Part shown: piece by piece, positions 50,325 through 63,600 of the stretch
How positions within the stretch are numbered: the first letter of the stretch is position 1
Layout: every line of letters begins with the position of its first letter
Assembly (NCBI GenBank): GCA_002633005.1
Contig: NMRA01000202.1
Location: 229,516 to 293,515 of the forward strand
Direction of reading: 5' to 3'
Length of the DNA: 64,000 bases
Source of the DNA: Phoronis australis
Lineage: Eukaryota; Animalia; Phoronida
Made by a program: the position numbers and the translations under genes
The notes under the pieces: model-generated
Told to the model about the DNA's origin: nothing
What the model saw: the letters and a program-made list of their open reading frames with translations, nothing else
Databases searched by the model: none

Positions 50325-51420
50325 CAGCCATACACTTTAAATAACTCACAGAGCATGGTCTGAACTTCTAAGTTTCATTTGTACCAACCCAACGCGATTT
50401 TGCTTGAGTCACAGAACACTTATGGTTGGTGGACAATTTTCGTCCATACGACCACGCGCTTTAAGTGACTAAGAGAACGCGTGGTGCAGACGGATAATTT
50501 TTTCCATACGACCATATGCTTTAAATGACTCAGAGAGCGTGGCAGGGGCTGTTCATTTTCATTCGTACTGACTCGTCGTGATTTTGCTTGAGTTACAGAA
50601 CGCATATGGTAGGGCGGACAATTTTCGTCCATATGACCACGTGCTTTAAGTGACGAAAAGAAAGCGTGGTCCAGACGGATAATTTTTGCCAATACGACCA
50701 CACGCTTTAAATGACTTAGAGAGCGTGGTCGGAGCTGTTCATTTTCGTACGTACCGACCCATCACGATTTTGCTAGAGTCACAGAGCGCTTATGGTTTGG
50801 TGCGGACAATTTTCGTACATACGACCACGCGTTTTAAGTGACATAGAGAACGTGTGGTCCAGACGGATAATTTTTGTCCATACGACCATATGCTTTAAAT
50901 GACTCAGAGAACGTGGTCGGGACTGTTAATTTTTGCCTGTTCTGACCAGACACGATTTTGCTCGAGTCACAGAACGCTTATTGTCAGGCGGACAATTTTT
51001 GTCCATATGACCACGCACTTAAAGTGACTTAGAGAATGCCAGACAGATAATTTTTGCCCATACAACCATGTGCTTTAAATGACTCACAGAGCGTGGTCTG
51101 GGCTGTTAATTTTCCCGCTTCGATCCGGCGAGATTTTGTTCGAGTCACAGAACGCTTATGGTCGGGCAGGCAATTTTCGTCCATACGACCATGTGCTTTA
51201 AATGACTCAGAGAGCATCGTATGGGTTGTTAATTTTCATCCGTACTGACCCAACACGATTTTGCTCGCGTCACAGAGTGCTTATGGTCGGGCAGACAATT
51301 TTCATCCATTCAGCCACCCCTTCCATTAGCAGCAAGGTCGGCGAACAATTTTCAGGCAGGACCACCACATTTAGGAGCGTGGTCCAGGCGGATAAATTTT
51401 ATCCATAATTTGAGTCAAAG
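50325..51420. repeat. Tandem array of about 185-bp units built from related ~60-bp subunits
   Basis: GATTTTG(C/T)T..GTCACAGA recurs at about 50396, 50580, 50767, 50954, 51132 and 51257; CCATACGACCA...TTTAA.TGAC recurs within each unit. Confidence 0.9.
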
Positions 51421-52049
51421 AAAGCCTTTGTAGGGTGTGGTTAGTGGAGACCACATCTTTTTCAGCGAATTTGGTAATACTGTAGCCTACATGGCACGTT
51501 TTAATATAAATCAAAGTATATGCTGGTGACATACACGACGTGTGTTCTCTTACTTTCAAATATGGCGTCAGTACGCGAGAGATTCGAATACGGGATATTT
51601 GTTCATTGTGCAACACTGGCTGTTTTGTAGCCATGGTACAAAGCTGTATATAAATATACAGCTTTGCACAGACGTGGGTAAAAAAGTGGTAAGATAAAAT
51701 CTGACACGAAATTAATGTCATTAAAAACTACAGTCTTCCTTGAGTAAACTAAATTGTTTAACTGTGTTGGAAAAAATGGCGTTCTACCGTTATTCTGCTG
51801 CTAAAGTTGTGGAGCGATCTTTAGCGACGGCTTTCGGCACTATGAAAAATTGCGTCACCTATTGGCCAGTTTCTTTTTTCGCCGATTCTTCAATCAACTG
51901 TTCTTCTTTCACGAGGTTGCATACACGTCACAACAAATTATCGAAACTGGTTTCACTTCATTATAAGTTTTTAGAATTTGGATACCAAAAAACGAATTTC
52001 AGAAGAAATTTTGCTGCTGCCAAGCTATCATCATCTCCCGAGAGATGTC

Positions 52050-52530
52050 GCAAAAATTTAGGAAATGGCACGTGCGCGTGACACGAGCGTACTGTTTTCA
52101 AAACGACAACATGCTTTTCATTGTTAGAAAAGGCGGAACGTTACGCAAGAAAATTACGTTTATTGCATTGTTTTTCACTTATACATGGCTGTAACGGGCA
52201 AGGTGGGTGTCGGTTGATTCCCAGATTTTGCATGCACCCCGTCCGGTCTTTAGCTTTACATGTTGATACAAATTTCACGGTGTGGTGACGAGCAGAACTA
52301 CCCTGGCTGTGAGCAATTTCGGTGTCTACGTAAGAAATACACGCAGTGGGACCTAGCTGTATCGTCCGGTTACCTATTGTCGTCAGGCTCCAAAGGTCGT
52401 CCGCCATCTTGTTTCGCGTGCAGCGCAACCACGCGGGACTTAGCGTTCCAATTTGGAGTGCTCGTCTGCACGTTAGGTACTAACTTATTGGAAGAGACAC
52501 GTATCAAAGTAATGAGACAAAAATCGGTGA
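52050..52530. promoter_or_regulatory. Probable bidirectional promoter and first exons of KDM1B (-) and VPS13B (+)
   Basis: Local CpG enrichment; YY1-type CCGCCATCTT at 52401-52410; outward-facing donors on the minus strand (AG|GTAACC at 52373) and plus strand (CG|GTGAGT at 52527); lies between the two divergent genes. Confidence 0.6.
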
Positions 52531-54419
52531 GTTTACCGATTGTTTTTTAAAACCACTTAAAAATCAGTAGATTTTACTAATACACTTTTTTGTGCGTTTT
52601 CAGAAGATGTTTTCGAATTTAAATTTTCTTCCGACGGGACACAAAACATGATCCAGGGTTTGTTTATGCAATGTATCTGTTTGTCCCAGGCACTAGTAGG
52701 ATCTAGAAGGCCAAAGGAAAAATCCGCAGACAAATGCGATACGCTGGGTTCTTAACATTTTTGCCTCACGTTCACCATTAAACTGCATTGAAATGTTGTC
52801 CAATTGGCTTTTATTGGAAACCACAGTGCAGAGCTCAACATCAAAACTTCAAATCGAGTTTATGTCAATAAAAACAGGCTGTTGCAATTTTCATTACTTC
52901 GTTGGCCTTTTTCTGCATGTTTCTCAGTTTTTACAAAAGGGGGCAGCATATGACGAACTTAGGTGTCACAATAAAATGGCTGCCGAAGGCAGTGCACATT
53001 TGAAATAACTCGGCACAAATTAAAGAAAACTTCCGAATCGATGAATGCGGTATATCTGTGAGAGTTAAATCGAATCCTATTCAGATCATAACTTTGAAGT
53101 GGAATAATTCGGTGAGTACAACAGCAAGTCGGTTTTATGCTTAGGCGGACGAACATTGGGTTCCCCAGTATATTTTGACGATAGTCTTCTTCATACAGCT
53201 AGCTGGCTGGCTAGCCGTTTTGTTGCACGAGTATCGTCAAGAGCAGAGTATAGCATTTGCCTAGAAATCATTGATACCCAAGACATTAACTATATTTACC
53301 GAGAAAGGTGAGACATAGGGGAGTATAAGACCCATGTTTGTCACTTTCACCGACAGATTTACACTGGTTGGACAAAGTCAAAGAGGTCCAGAGAACCAAT
53401 TAATCACTAAATAATGGGTCTGCATCTCAGCGGACGAAACGTGCTCTCTAAATCAAGGGCCACTATATACAACAAGTGCCCTACCACACAACCTCAGATT
53501 GCCTTATTCTCCACACAAAGACCAGCATATTGATATTGTCCGTGACTAGTGACACAGGCACTGACAGTTTATTCCAATTTTAAACACACGTATGCAAAAG
53601 AGGGATACTGGACCATGGGCTGCTACTGGCTAAAATTAGGCCGAAAAATGCAACTAGGATAACAAAGAATGCTTCAAATTTCTCATGACACATTTCATAT
53701 ACTTACAATGCAACGATCAAAAGCCGAAAGCGTGATCACCGACTTTTCGCGCAAATATAGCTATTTTAGTTGAAATAGGAAATACTCACAGGTTTTGTAC
53801 ATTTTCGATGAAACGCAAAATGCTTTATTTTCGTTTTTATTAAAGTTTGAGGTTTTATTGTGTTTATAAAGCTCTTATACGCTGAAATTTAAATGGTTAC
53901 TATCATTTAATGATTCATATTCTTTAACTATATTTTTATGTAATACTGTTCTGACGAAATTAGTACACCGATATACACTCACTTCACTTTCGCCGACCCG
54001 GATCAAAAACACTGTGCAGGTGACTGAGTGAGTTGGCAAAACGAACGATATTTTCTCGTGGCTGTACTTCATTGTGATCACATTTTCTAAGCTTGTTGTT
54101 GAAAAACAGTCCAATATGAAGCTTCCCAACTGATCCTGCTTTTCTAAGACTTGGTTTCTTTAATGTTCGCTAGAGAAGCTTAGTAAGTTGTCATAGTTGT
54201 TTAAGTTATGGCCCAGTGACACTTAGTCTTAGTGACACTGTCATAATGATAAAGTTAAGCAGTGCCGCCCTCTCGACTTGGCACAGTGGAGACGGTGAAG
54301 CTCCTATACTAGTCCTATAGCCGTTTTATACGCCTGAAACTTTTCAGTGCTTTATACCTCACAGTGATCAAAACCTCTTTTCGCATAGAGGAGGCACTGT
54401 GCAGTGAGGAGTGCGCTCA

Positions 54420-55255
54420 GTGTAAAAATGGCCTACTGAACGAGGGACTACTCGTAAAAAAGCTTGGTTACCGGGAGTATTTGATCAGGATGGAAGTAAC
54501 TAAAGACATTGTTGGCCTCCTAAGGTGTCCCCCTACATGCAAAATGTACTTATAGCAACATGACTTAGATGTTTTAATCAGTGTGAGGCATAATTCGCCG
54601 AGATGCTTCCGGCATACGGATCGCCTACAGGAGCTTCACCGTGTCCACTGCTGGCCATTCAAGACGGTGGTTCTGTCTAACACCGTCAATGGCATTGACT
54701 GCAGCAGAGATGGTGGCCATCGCATAAGCCTTCCTCACGCTGGAAGCTTTCCAGTGAATTAATCCTTGCCTTGATTAAACCATCCAAATCATATTGCTAT
54801 AAATACGTTTTGCACATAGGACACCTTAGGAGGCCATTTGTGTCTTTAATTCCTTCTAACTTCAACAAATACTCTGAGTCTCGTAATCAAACTTTTTTTG
54901 AGCAGTCCTTTGTTCAGTTGCCCAAATCGGCAACTGGCTCACACCAGGGGATATGATGTCATATCTTACGGTACGAGCAGTGTAAACATGGTCAGTTGTC
55001 AATTTGGGCAACTTAACGAAGGATTGTTCAAAATAAAAGATCGATTGTGGGAGAATTTGTCGGAGCTGGAAAGAGTTAAAGACATCAACGGTCTCCTAAG
55101 ATGTCCCTCTTTGTGTAGAAAATACTTACAGCAACATTTGATGGTTTAGTCAGTGCGAGTGATAATTTGCCGAAAAGCTTCCGGTATATGGAGGATCTAC
55201 GGGATGGCCACCTTCTCTACTGTGGCCACTTGAGACGGTGGTATAATCTACTGAC
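54420..55255. repeat. Three copies of an about 200-270-bp unit (direct, inverted, direct); the last two form a hairpin centred near 54965
   Basis: GGCCTCCTAAGGTGTCC (about 54513), GGACACCTTAGGAGGCC (about 54819), GGTCTCCTAAGATGTCC (about 55090). Confidence 0.85.
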
Positions 55256-56653
55256 TACTATGACCCAGGGCCAGACCATTCATCTGTTCTTTATTCAGCA
55301 GACAAAACCACTGTCAGAACTGAGCCAGCAATGTAATTTGCTTTCCTATAAAATTTTAGACCCTATCTTTTGGGATTGTGTTTTCTCTCCAAACAACGTA
55401 TCATTTGACAAGGGCGCTGGGTAACTTTGTTGCTGCTGGTAACTGAATTAGCACAGCATGAGGGACAGTTTCAAACCACTGTTTGCTGAATGCAAAACAA
55501 GTAGGGACGCATGCAGTTCTTACTACTGAAACACAGTTTGTACATTAAAAAGGTCGTGTTTAATCTCAATAATTCAAATACATTGTTGTCTAATGTTTGT
55601 TAAAAAAATACTCAAAAATGTTGCTAATGGCCATTTCATTGATAAGTAAAAATCAAAAATCAACAGTCCTTTCTGGACTAGTCACATTTACCGAAGGGCT
55701 GCCGATTGTTGCTTACTTTGAAAACAGTTTTGGATGATAATCATTTGTTTTAAAACTTAACCATAAAATGTTTGACGTAGTTTCCGAAAATACGCCCTTC
55801 TTTCCAAATAATGTCTCTGGGCAATTATTCATGTTCACTCCAAATGTCTGCACATGGGTCTATTTTCGGAAATTCCTTTTAGTATTCTTCTAGCAACTAT
55901 AATTATTTATTATTTTTCGATGTTCATTGTACTCACAGAATGTTGTTATGATGTGAGCAGTGGGTCAGTGTAGTGGCGTGAAATATGCGTCATGGTTAAG
56001 GCCAGAGTACCGAGCGATGGAAGATGAATTTCAAGGCATGGGAAAGGTAGCTCGGGCATTGTAAGTTACTAGTAGTCTCTTGTTACTATAAACACCTTAA
56101 GGTATTGCATCAACTGTTTTCTAAACTTGAACAACAATTCCTTACAAAGGTAATATTTTGATAATGTGATATTCTCTGTGTTTATCATTCGTATAGCATC
56201 CCTGGTTCATGATTATCCCATTTGGCATGAAGATACTGACGGCTTTCACTTTGTTTTCACCTTTCCAAGTTGGTTGAGTCAGTCTTAGCACTCACATTTT
56301 TGCATGTGCCCCCTGCCATTCATAGTGATGAGCATCTCATCTGTTGATCATAGGTCTGCAGTCTTTACCCAAACATGATAATGGTGGCTCAAACCATTAA
56401 AGACTTCTTCAGACCAATTTCTGCCTTTTTCTTGGGATCTAGACAGTAGTTAGTACTGCAGGTATTCTCTGCATGCTGAAATGGAACATAATCAGCATTG
56501 TTTTTTCTTTCATTCTTTAGCTGTCATTGACCTGCATCAGACTAAGTTTGAAACTTTAATCAGTGTTTTAAGTTGTCAGAGGATTATACCCATATTTTTT
56601 GTATGTTGCAGACATTGCCTTATGTTTGTGAGGTAACATCATTACGCACCACC

Positions 56654-57602
56654 ATGTTCAAGATAGAGTCGTATATCACCCCCATGATCATGTCGTATGT
56701 CGACAAGTATGTCAAACTCAAGCCCGAAGACTTCCAACTCTCACTGTGGGGTGGCGACGCTGTCCTCAACAAACTTGATCTCCGTCTCGATGTCATTGAG
56801 AGGGCACTGCATCTCCCGGTCACACTGGCTGCCGGACACATCCATGAGTTGAGACTTCACGTGCCCTGGACGAAGTTGGGCTCTGAATCAGTGACAATCA
56901 CCATCAACACCGTAGAGTGTGTCCTCAAGTTGTACGACACGTGCTCCGAAACTGAAGACACAAGCAGCTCGAAGTCGGTGAAAACCCAGCAGAGTGCGAA
57001 AAAATCGCGGCAGGGATCCAGTCGTAAACAAAACAATGTGGATTTACCACCTGGTTATCTGCAGAGTGTTATCAATCGTGTGTTGAACAACGTACATGTT
57101 GTAATAAATAACCTCATTCTCAAGTACGTTGATGAAGATATTGTTCTCTCGCTCAATGTCAAGTCGGGTGAAGTTTTTTCTGCAAGTAGCGACTGGACTC
57201 GTGCATTTGTTGACTTGACGCCTGAAGAACTGGTGCTACGGAAGATGATTGAATTGCATGATTTAACAGTGTGTCTCGACAAGCGTGACTCGAGTGGTAA
57301 AATCCATGTCTACCAAGATCCTATTGTTTACCGATGCTCTTTACTTGGTCGTGTTCACATGACCTATGATAATATAAACGCCTCAATACCAAGTCGCGTC
57401 AAATTCAATGTATTATGTGAGAAGGTGGATTTCTCATTGACAGACACTCAATTACCGATGTTCTTGAGGCTTGTTGAACTAGTGATGGCAATCTATTATG
57501 GGACATTAGAGACACCTGGTGATGCTGGGGGGAAACTCATCGACAGTGCGCCATCTGGTGAGGTAGAAGAGAAGAACTCAACAACTGAGGCTGCTCCTAC
57601 AG
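56654..57602 (+). CDS. VPS13B: VPS13B first coding exon (chorein-N)
   Basis: Acceptor ttgcag before 56612, ACCATG at 56654, donor AG|GTGAGT at 57603. Confidence 0.95.
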
Positions 57603-60600
57603 GTGAGTCAGGCACTTGCATGTCGGTCAGCCATGATGGAATTGTGCTATGTCCTGTACCTGCATTTTTGTCATTAACAATTATTCTTTGTGCAGTTTAT
57701 TTTAATTAAAGAAAATTAAAAAAAAATCTTCAAGTTTCATTTTTGCTACCATGATGATGACTTATTAAGTTCATCTTGTGTTAACTTTGTGCATGTGTGT
57801 TTTTCCAATGATCTGCTTGTAAGAACAACTGTTGTGTGATATGAATATAAAGCTACTAGAACTACTGTTATGTGATATGAATATCAAGCTGCTAGCTGGT
57901 TTAATTTTTAAAACATGATACCCAATTATGACCACTCAATGTTAAACACATGAAAAAAGCATGGAGAGTTCAGCTAGAAAGCAATCTGATTGATAGAATA
58001 ATTACTGCAGAGTATGGAAGAAATGTTCCTAAAGGCTGGTTCATGACTGTTTGGTAATGAGCAGAGAAGAAAGCTTCTGAAGAGCGGAAGATAATTTGTT
58101 AAAAATTGTTCTATTTCTGATGAGAAATTTGTTGGTAAGATTTCTTATGAACATGTTTTGACAGATGTAGTTACACCCAGCGAAGGCCAGGAGGGGTGGG
58201 CCAGTTGGGCGTGGTCCTACGTCCCACAGATCTTGCCGTCTGATCAAGAAACTGATCCCATGGCAACAAAGCGACAGCGCAAGGAACCTCCCATAATCGC
58301 TATTGGCTTCTACATTCCCAAAGCTTGTGTTTTATTCAAGGTTGGCTCAACTTTGTCACAGTTTGGTTTCTTTATGTAACATAATGATTTCTTATGCAGT
58401 AAAATTTAGCCACTCCAGATAAGTTCACATAATATGTCCCTCAAGTGAGGATTTTTGGGGTAAGTATTTTCAAAACTGATGAAGAGCTTAAGTTATATTT
58501 TGTGAAAGTATCACTGTTGCCACACTTGTGTCTGGTCAAGAACTGCTAGATCATTGAACACGAAGGCTCCATCCTGCAATCTGCAAAGTAAATGAGACTT
58601 TGTATACAAATCCCTAACTCAATGTATGCCTGTGTTGTGCACAAGGGTGGCTTACATAACAGGGGTGCAACAACAATAGTGTGGTGTTTTGATAAGATAT
58701 TCATAATTGACCAAGCTCTTTCACCAGGATCAGCATGCGCCATTTTACCTGTCCATTGCTGTTTTAGTGTTCCAGCTGACTGAGTCTTAACTGTTTCAGC
58801 TCACTGAATCCATCCATGAGGCTCCCTACTTTGGTCCGCAGAAAGTCCAGTTCAAGCCTCTGATGACCTTGTTGGCCAATGGCATCTGTCTTGAACTTTT
58901 GGTCAAAGGGATGGCCTTTTTCGATGCTCAAGTTGGAATCACTTCACTTGAGGTCAAAGGTCAAGGTGATTGTGTTTGTGGGGTCAGCAAGGTCAATTTG
59001 AGTTCAAAGGTAATGAGGTCTTTATTGTGTTGTAAGATTTTTGATAAAGTAATTATATAATTAACTTTCAATGTACAATGCAAACTACGAAATACAGGAA
59101 TCGCCAAAAATAATCTTGTCACTGCCTCAGTAGATAGACTGAACCATCACAATGGGGGTACTTTGGTTACTTTTGTCTTGTACTGTATTTCATGTGTTCT
59201 CCACATAGCAGACAAACATTGAAACATCATATCATTTGTTCATTCGCAAGAGACTCGGGGAGGGGGGATATTCCTGTTTGTTGATGTGAAAAAGTTGTTC
59301 ACACCTCAAACTCATCATTGAACTTTGATCAGTATTTTGATTTAATTTGTTGACTGTATAAAATTGCGGTTAAACATTTTTTTTTGCATTCTGAGCTCCT
59401 GATTAACATTTTCTTCCAAATATTTCAGTTAGAGACGGTATTAATTGCTAATGTTTATTTTGAAATTTAAGAACTATGAGAGTAGTTGTAACAACTTTAG
59501 TTATCATGTACTTTTCTTTATCTGGCCTTCTTGGGATTGTGTAGTTACTCTGTATAGTGTTGGGGCATGGAACCAAGTTAAGCTCTGCATTCTCCCTATT
59601 TTATGATTAATCCATTACTTATGACTAATACATCAAGGTCATGTAGGACCCTCCAAAATTGGCCAGATTTAACGAATTCTCAAACGTCATATCTCAGAAA
59701 TGGTCAATTGAATGCCGTATGGACAGACACCAATGGCAGCATAATGCACCCATGTATGAATGTGGGTGCATATTTTAAGAACTGGGCAGTGTTTTCGAGA
59801 TTTCATCTTGAACAGTTAAATCAAATAAACTTTGATACAATCATTTGTTTTGATATAGAATAAGGCTGATGTACATTTTCTTATTTTGCTAAATTTTATT
59901 TAAAAAACATAGTCATGTGTCCCAATTAATAGTGGACTGGCTTGAACTATTAAGTCAAAAATCAAATTCTACAGGCTTTATTCTTTTAGAAATACTTTAC
60001 TGATGGAATTAAAATATGTACTAGTTAATATGTAGATGCTTGACTAATACTAGTTGATAAATTCCTAATAAAACAATTAATCATTGTCATATTTCACAGG
60101 ACAGCCATTTTGCCACCTGCGGAAGTATTGGCACCAATAAACCAACTGACTTCATGGCCAACTGTTTGTTTGACATGAAGAGTCCTGAGAACCGTGGAGA
60201 GCGGACGGCGTACATCTTCGACGCTGAACAACACCGTGAAATGTACACAGAGAACTATGCACTTCGGAGATGGGGCGCCCTCTACCTTGACTATTTCTAC
60301 TTAATGCAGGAACAGACTGAGTTGTCAGGTAAATGGCTTTGCTTTATTTTTCATGATCACAGATTGCTTGTTTGTGTAGATAATTTTTTCCACAATTCCC
60401 AGAGTGGAGTGCTTCTATGAGAGCAATAGATTCCAGGACTTGTCAATACTCATCTGTTTGAAAATGACTTCTAGTATGCATACATATGCAGCTTCGTTGC
60501 TCCAGATTTAGGGTGCAGACACATTAGTATACACGAAACAAAACGTGGGCAAATCTGAGGAGCAAGCTTTTATAATACCATATAAATAAAGCATGTCTTA

Positions 60601-63600
60601 TCCACTGCAAAATTGTGACATCAATTATACTAAATTCATCCATTCAAGATGACCGTGCACATTATTTTTAATATGCTTGTATCAGTAGCCGAGTTTCATA
60701 TGCCTACATACAAAGCACATCAAAATTCAGTAAAAAAAGTTCTTGAAAATTACATTGTTTTCATTGCAGGTATATGTGATTATTTAATACACGACATATA
60801 CTTTATGGTTCAATTTTGTCTTTCTTTTTATAGCCCGTTGGTTTCTAAGTAATTTGATAAAAATGTAACTCATTTATACTAAATAAATAGTTTTGAAAAT
60901 TAATGTGCTTAATCCAATCTTTGTCTGTTAACTAGGGGTAATCTGTGTTGACAGTAGGTTGACTTCTCGTTCATCTAGTGTTCTAAATCTTCTGGCTACT
61001 AAAGAACATCTGAGCATGTGTTTCTTCCCAATGTTTCTTTCCACATGTTGTATGTTCAGGACTTAACGTAAACAAGTACTAAATGGTCGAAAATTAAATG
61101 GAAATAAGTAAAATACGAGTAGAAACTTCACGTCACTCGTATCTCTTGTATGATTGACAAGCAGAGCTTCATTTTTTTTGGTCGTCACTCTTCATGAGCC
61201 CAATCCGGGAATACTAGTGCCAACTATTTTGTCTCTCACATTTCCGAACAGGCATTCTTGCCTGTATTGAGCACTGATGTTTTTGATGCGCAAGTTTGTG
61301 CTTTAGCAAGATTCTCTACTTTTAGAAAATCTTGGTCAAAATCACGACCTACAGAATGGTCTTCTGAACAGAGATTTATTTCAGAGATTAAATATTATGG
61401 GTTGAATTATGACCTTTTTAGCATGTATTTAATACGTACCAGTTTTTTGAGTTTTTTGTTTTCTTCTAGACACAAGCAGCAAGTCCAGTACTGACAGTGA
61501 GAGTGACTCCAAGATGTTGCCACCGGAGATATCTTCAACAAAGATCCTGATTGGCCCAGGCGAGGTGAATGTGACCAGTAGCCTGGTACACAGAGTACAG
61601 AAAATGACCTTTTGTGGGGGTAACCACGACTACGAACCCTACAGCAAACCCAAGCCAGGTAAATGTTGGGTCAAACATTTGACAGTGCAATTCGGTCAGC
61701 TACAGCATTTCATTTCTTGTCATCCCAGCTCAACTATTTTTGACATAAATTCACTATGGTTCATTGTTAAGCTGTCCTACCTGACACAACAATACGTCAA
61801 AATCCTTTGGTTTATTGACAGTTTTAGCAAACATTGAACTGACAAACAGTGTGAACAGGCATGGGCTGAGCTAATTTTCTGAACATGTCTCTGTCAAGAC
61901 CTAATTTGAAAGTAAGTTTGTTTCCTCTGATGTGATCCACTGTATATTATTTGTGCGACCAGAACACTAATACTATTTTATAAAAATTTTGATATTACTG
62001 AACTTTAATTTGCATCACATAAGATAATGAAAACTTTTACCAGACAAGTCCTTCTGACCATCTCAAAGGAGTGGAGGATGGTCAGAGTTAATGATGTTAA
62101 GGATGTCCATGGCGAATTATTTTGATATTCTCAACTCATAATATTTTACAGAAATTGTTGATGAAACCCGACCGGTGCCATCTGGTGGTCAAATTCTGGC
62201 AATGGAGACATTTGTATCGACAAAGAACTTCCACATGACTTTAATTAACTGTACCATAAACGTGCTGTCGGCTGATCATCCCTACTGTGACGTCAGTAAG
62301 AATAAGGGACCAGTGGCTAGCAAGTCTCGAAAAGTAAGAAGGGTGATTTTGAATGACTTATGACCTGCTTTATAAAGGTCTTAGATTTGGTCCTAGTTAT
62401 GACAGCTGTAAGCACAAGGATTACAAACTAACATGTATCCTTAATCACTTAGCAAGCATCTTGGATCATAAGCTAATTATTGTTCAATATCTTTTATCAA
62501 AATACTTACCTGTGAAACTCTAAGCTATGCCAGTTTTTGTTGTGATGTAATGCACACCTTTGATAAAATGGCTCTATTAACAGTTCTCAAACATTTTCAT
62601 TCTCTTCTACTTTACATTTATTATGCGCCCACATATTTATATGTGGACGCATTATGCCGTCATCTCTGTCCGTCCGTCCGTCCGGGCGGCGTCCGTCCGG
62701 CGTCCGGCGTCCGCTGCTCTATCTCCAAAACCCTGTGACATACGTTCATGAAATTTGGCACATATGTTCCATTCATGAATGGGACGGCATGTGCGAACTT
62801 TCGGACGGATCCGACTACCGGTGTGCCCCCTAGTGGCAATTTTANNNNNNNNNNNNNNNNNNNNNNNNNNNNNNNNNNNNNNNNNNNNNNNNNNNNNNNN
62901 NNNNNNNNNNNNNNNNNNNNNNNNNNNNNNNNNNNNNNNNNNNNNNNNNNNNNNNNNNNNNNNNNNNNNNNNNNNNNNNNNNNNNNNNNNNNNNNNNNNN
63001 NNNNNNNNNNNNNNNNNNNNNNNNNNNNNNNNNNNNNNNNNNNNNNNNNNNNNNNNNNNNNNNNNNNNNNNNNNNNNNNNNNNNNNNNNNNNNNNNNNNN
63101 NNNNNNNNNNNNNNNNNNNNNNNNNNNNNNNNNNNNNNNNNNNNNNNNNNNNNNNNNNNNNNNNNNNNNNNNNNNNNNNNNNNNNNNNNNNNNNNNNNNN
63201 NNNNNNNNNNNNNNNNNNNNNNNNNNNNNNNNNNNNNNNNNNNNNNNNNNNNNNNNNNNNNNNNNNNNNNNNNNNNNNNNNNNNNNNNNNNNNNNNNNNN
63301 NNNNNNNNNNNNNTTATTCTTATGCTAATGTCTTTGTTGCGTCTCAGTGCGCCTTTGTTACGTGGGCATGTGGGCGCGACTGTATGTGTCGGGCACTTCG
63401 CTAGCGACAGGCTTAGGAGAAGGGTGTTTCCCTTCTTTTGCTTTCATGGAAAGTTGATCGTTATCATGTGCAAATTGAACTGAAACGAATGCCTGATGAG
63501 AGAAAATACATATTTTGAGGTTCAGTGGAGACTTGCTCTGTTACATAAGCTAATTATTGTTCAATATCTTTTATCAAAATACTTGCCTGTGAAACTCTAA

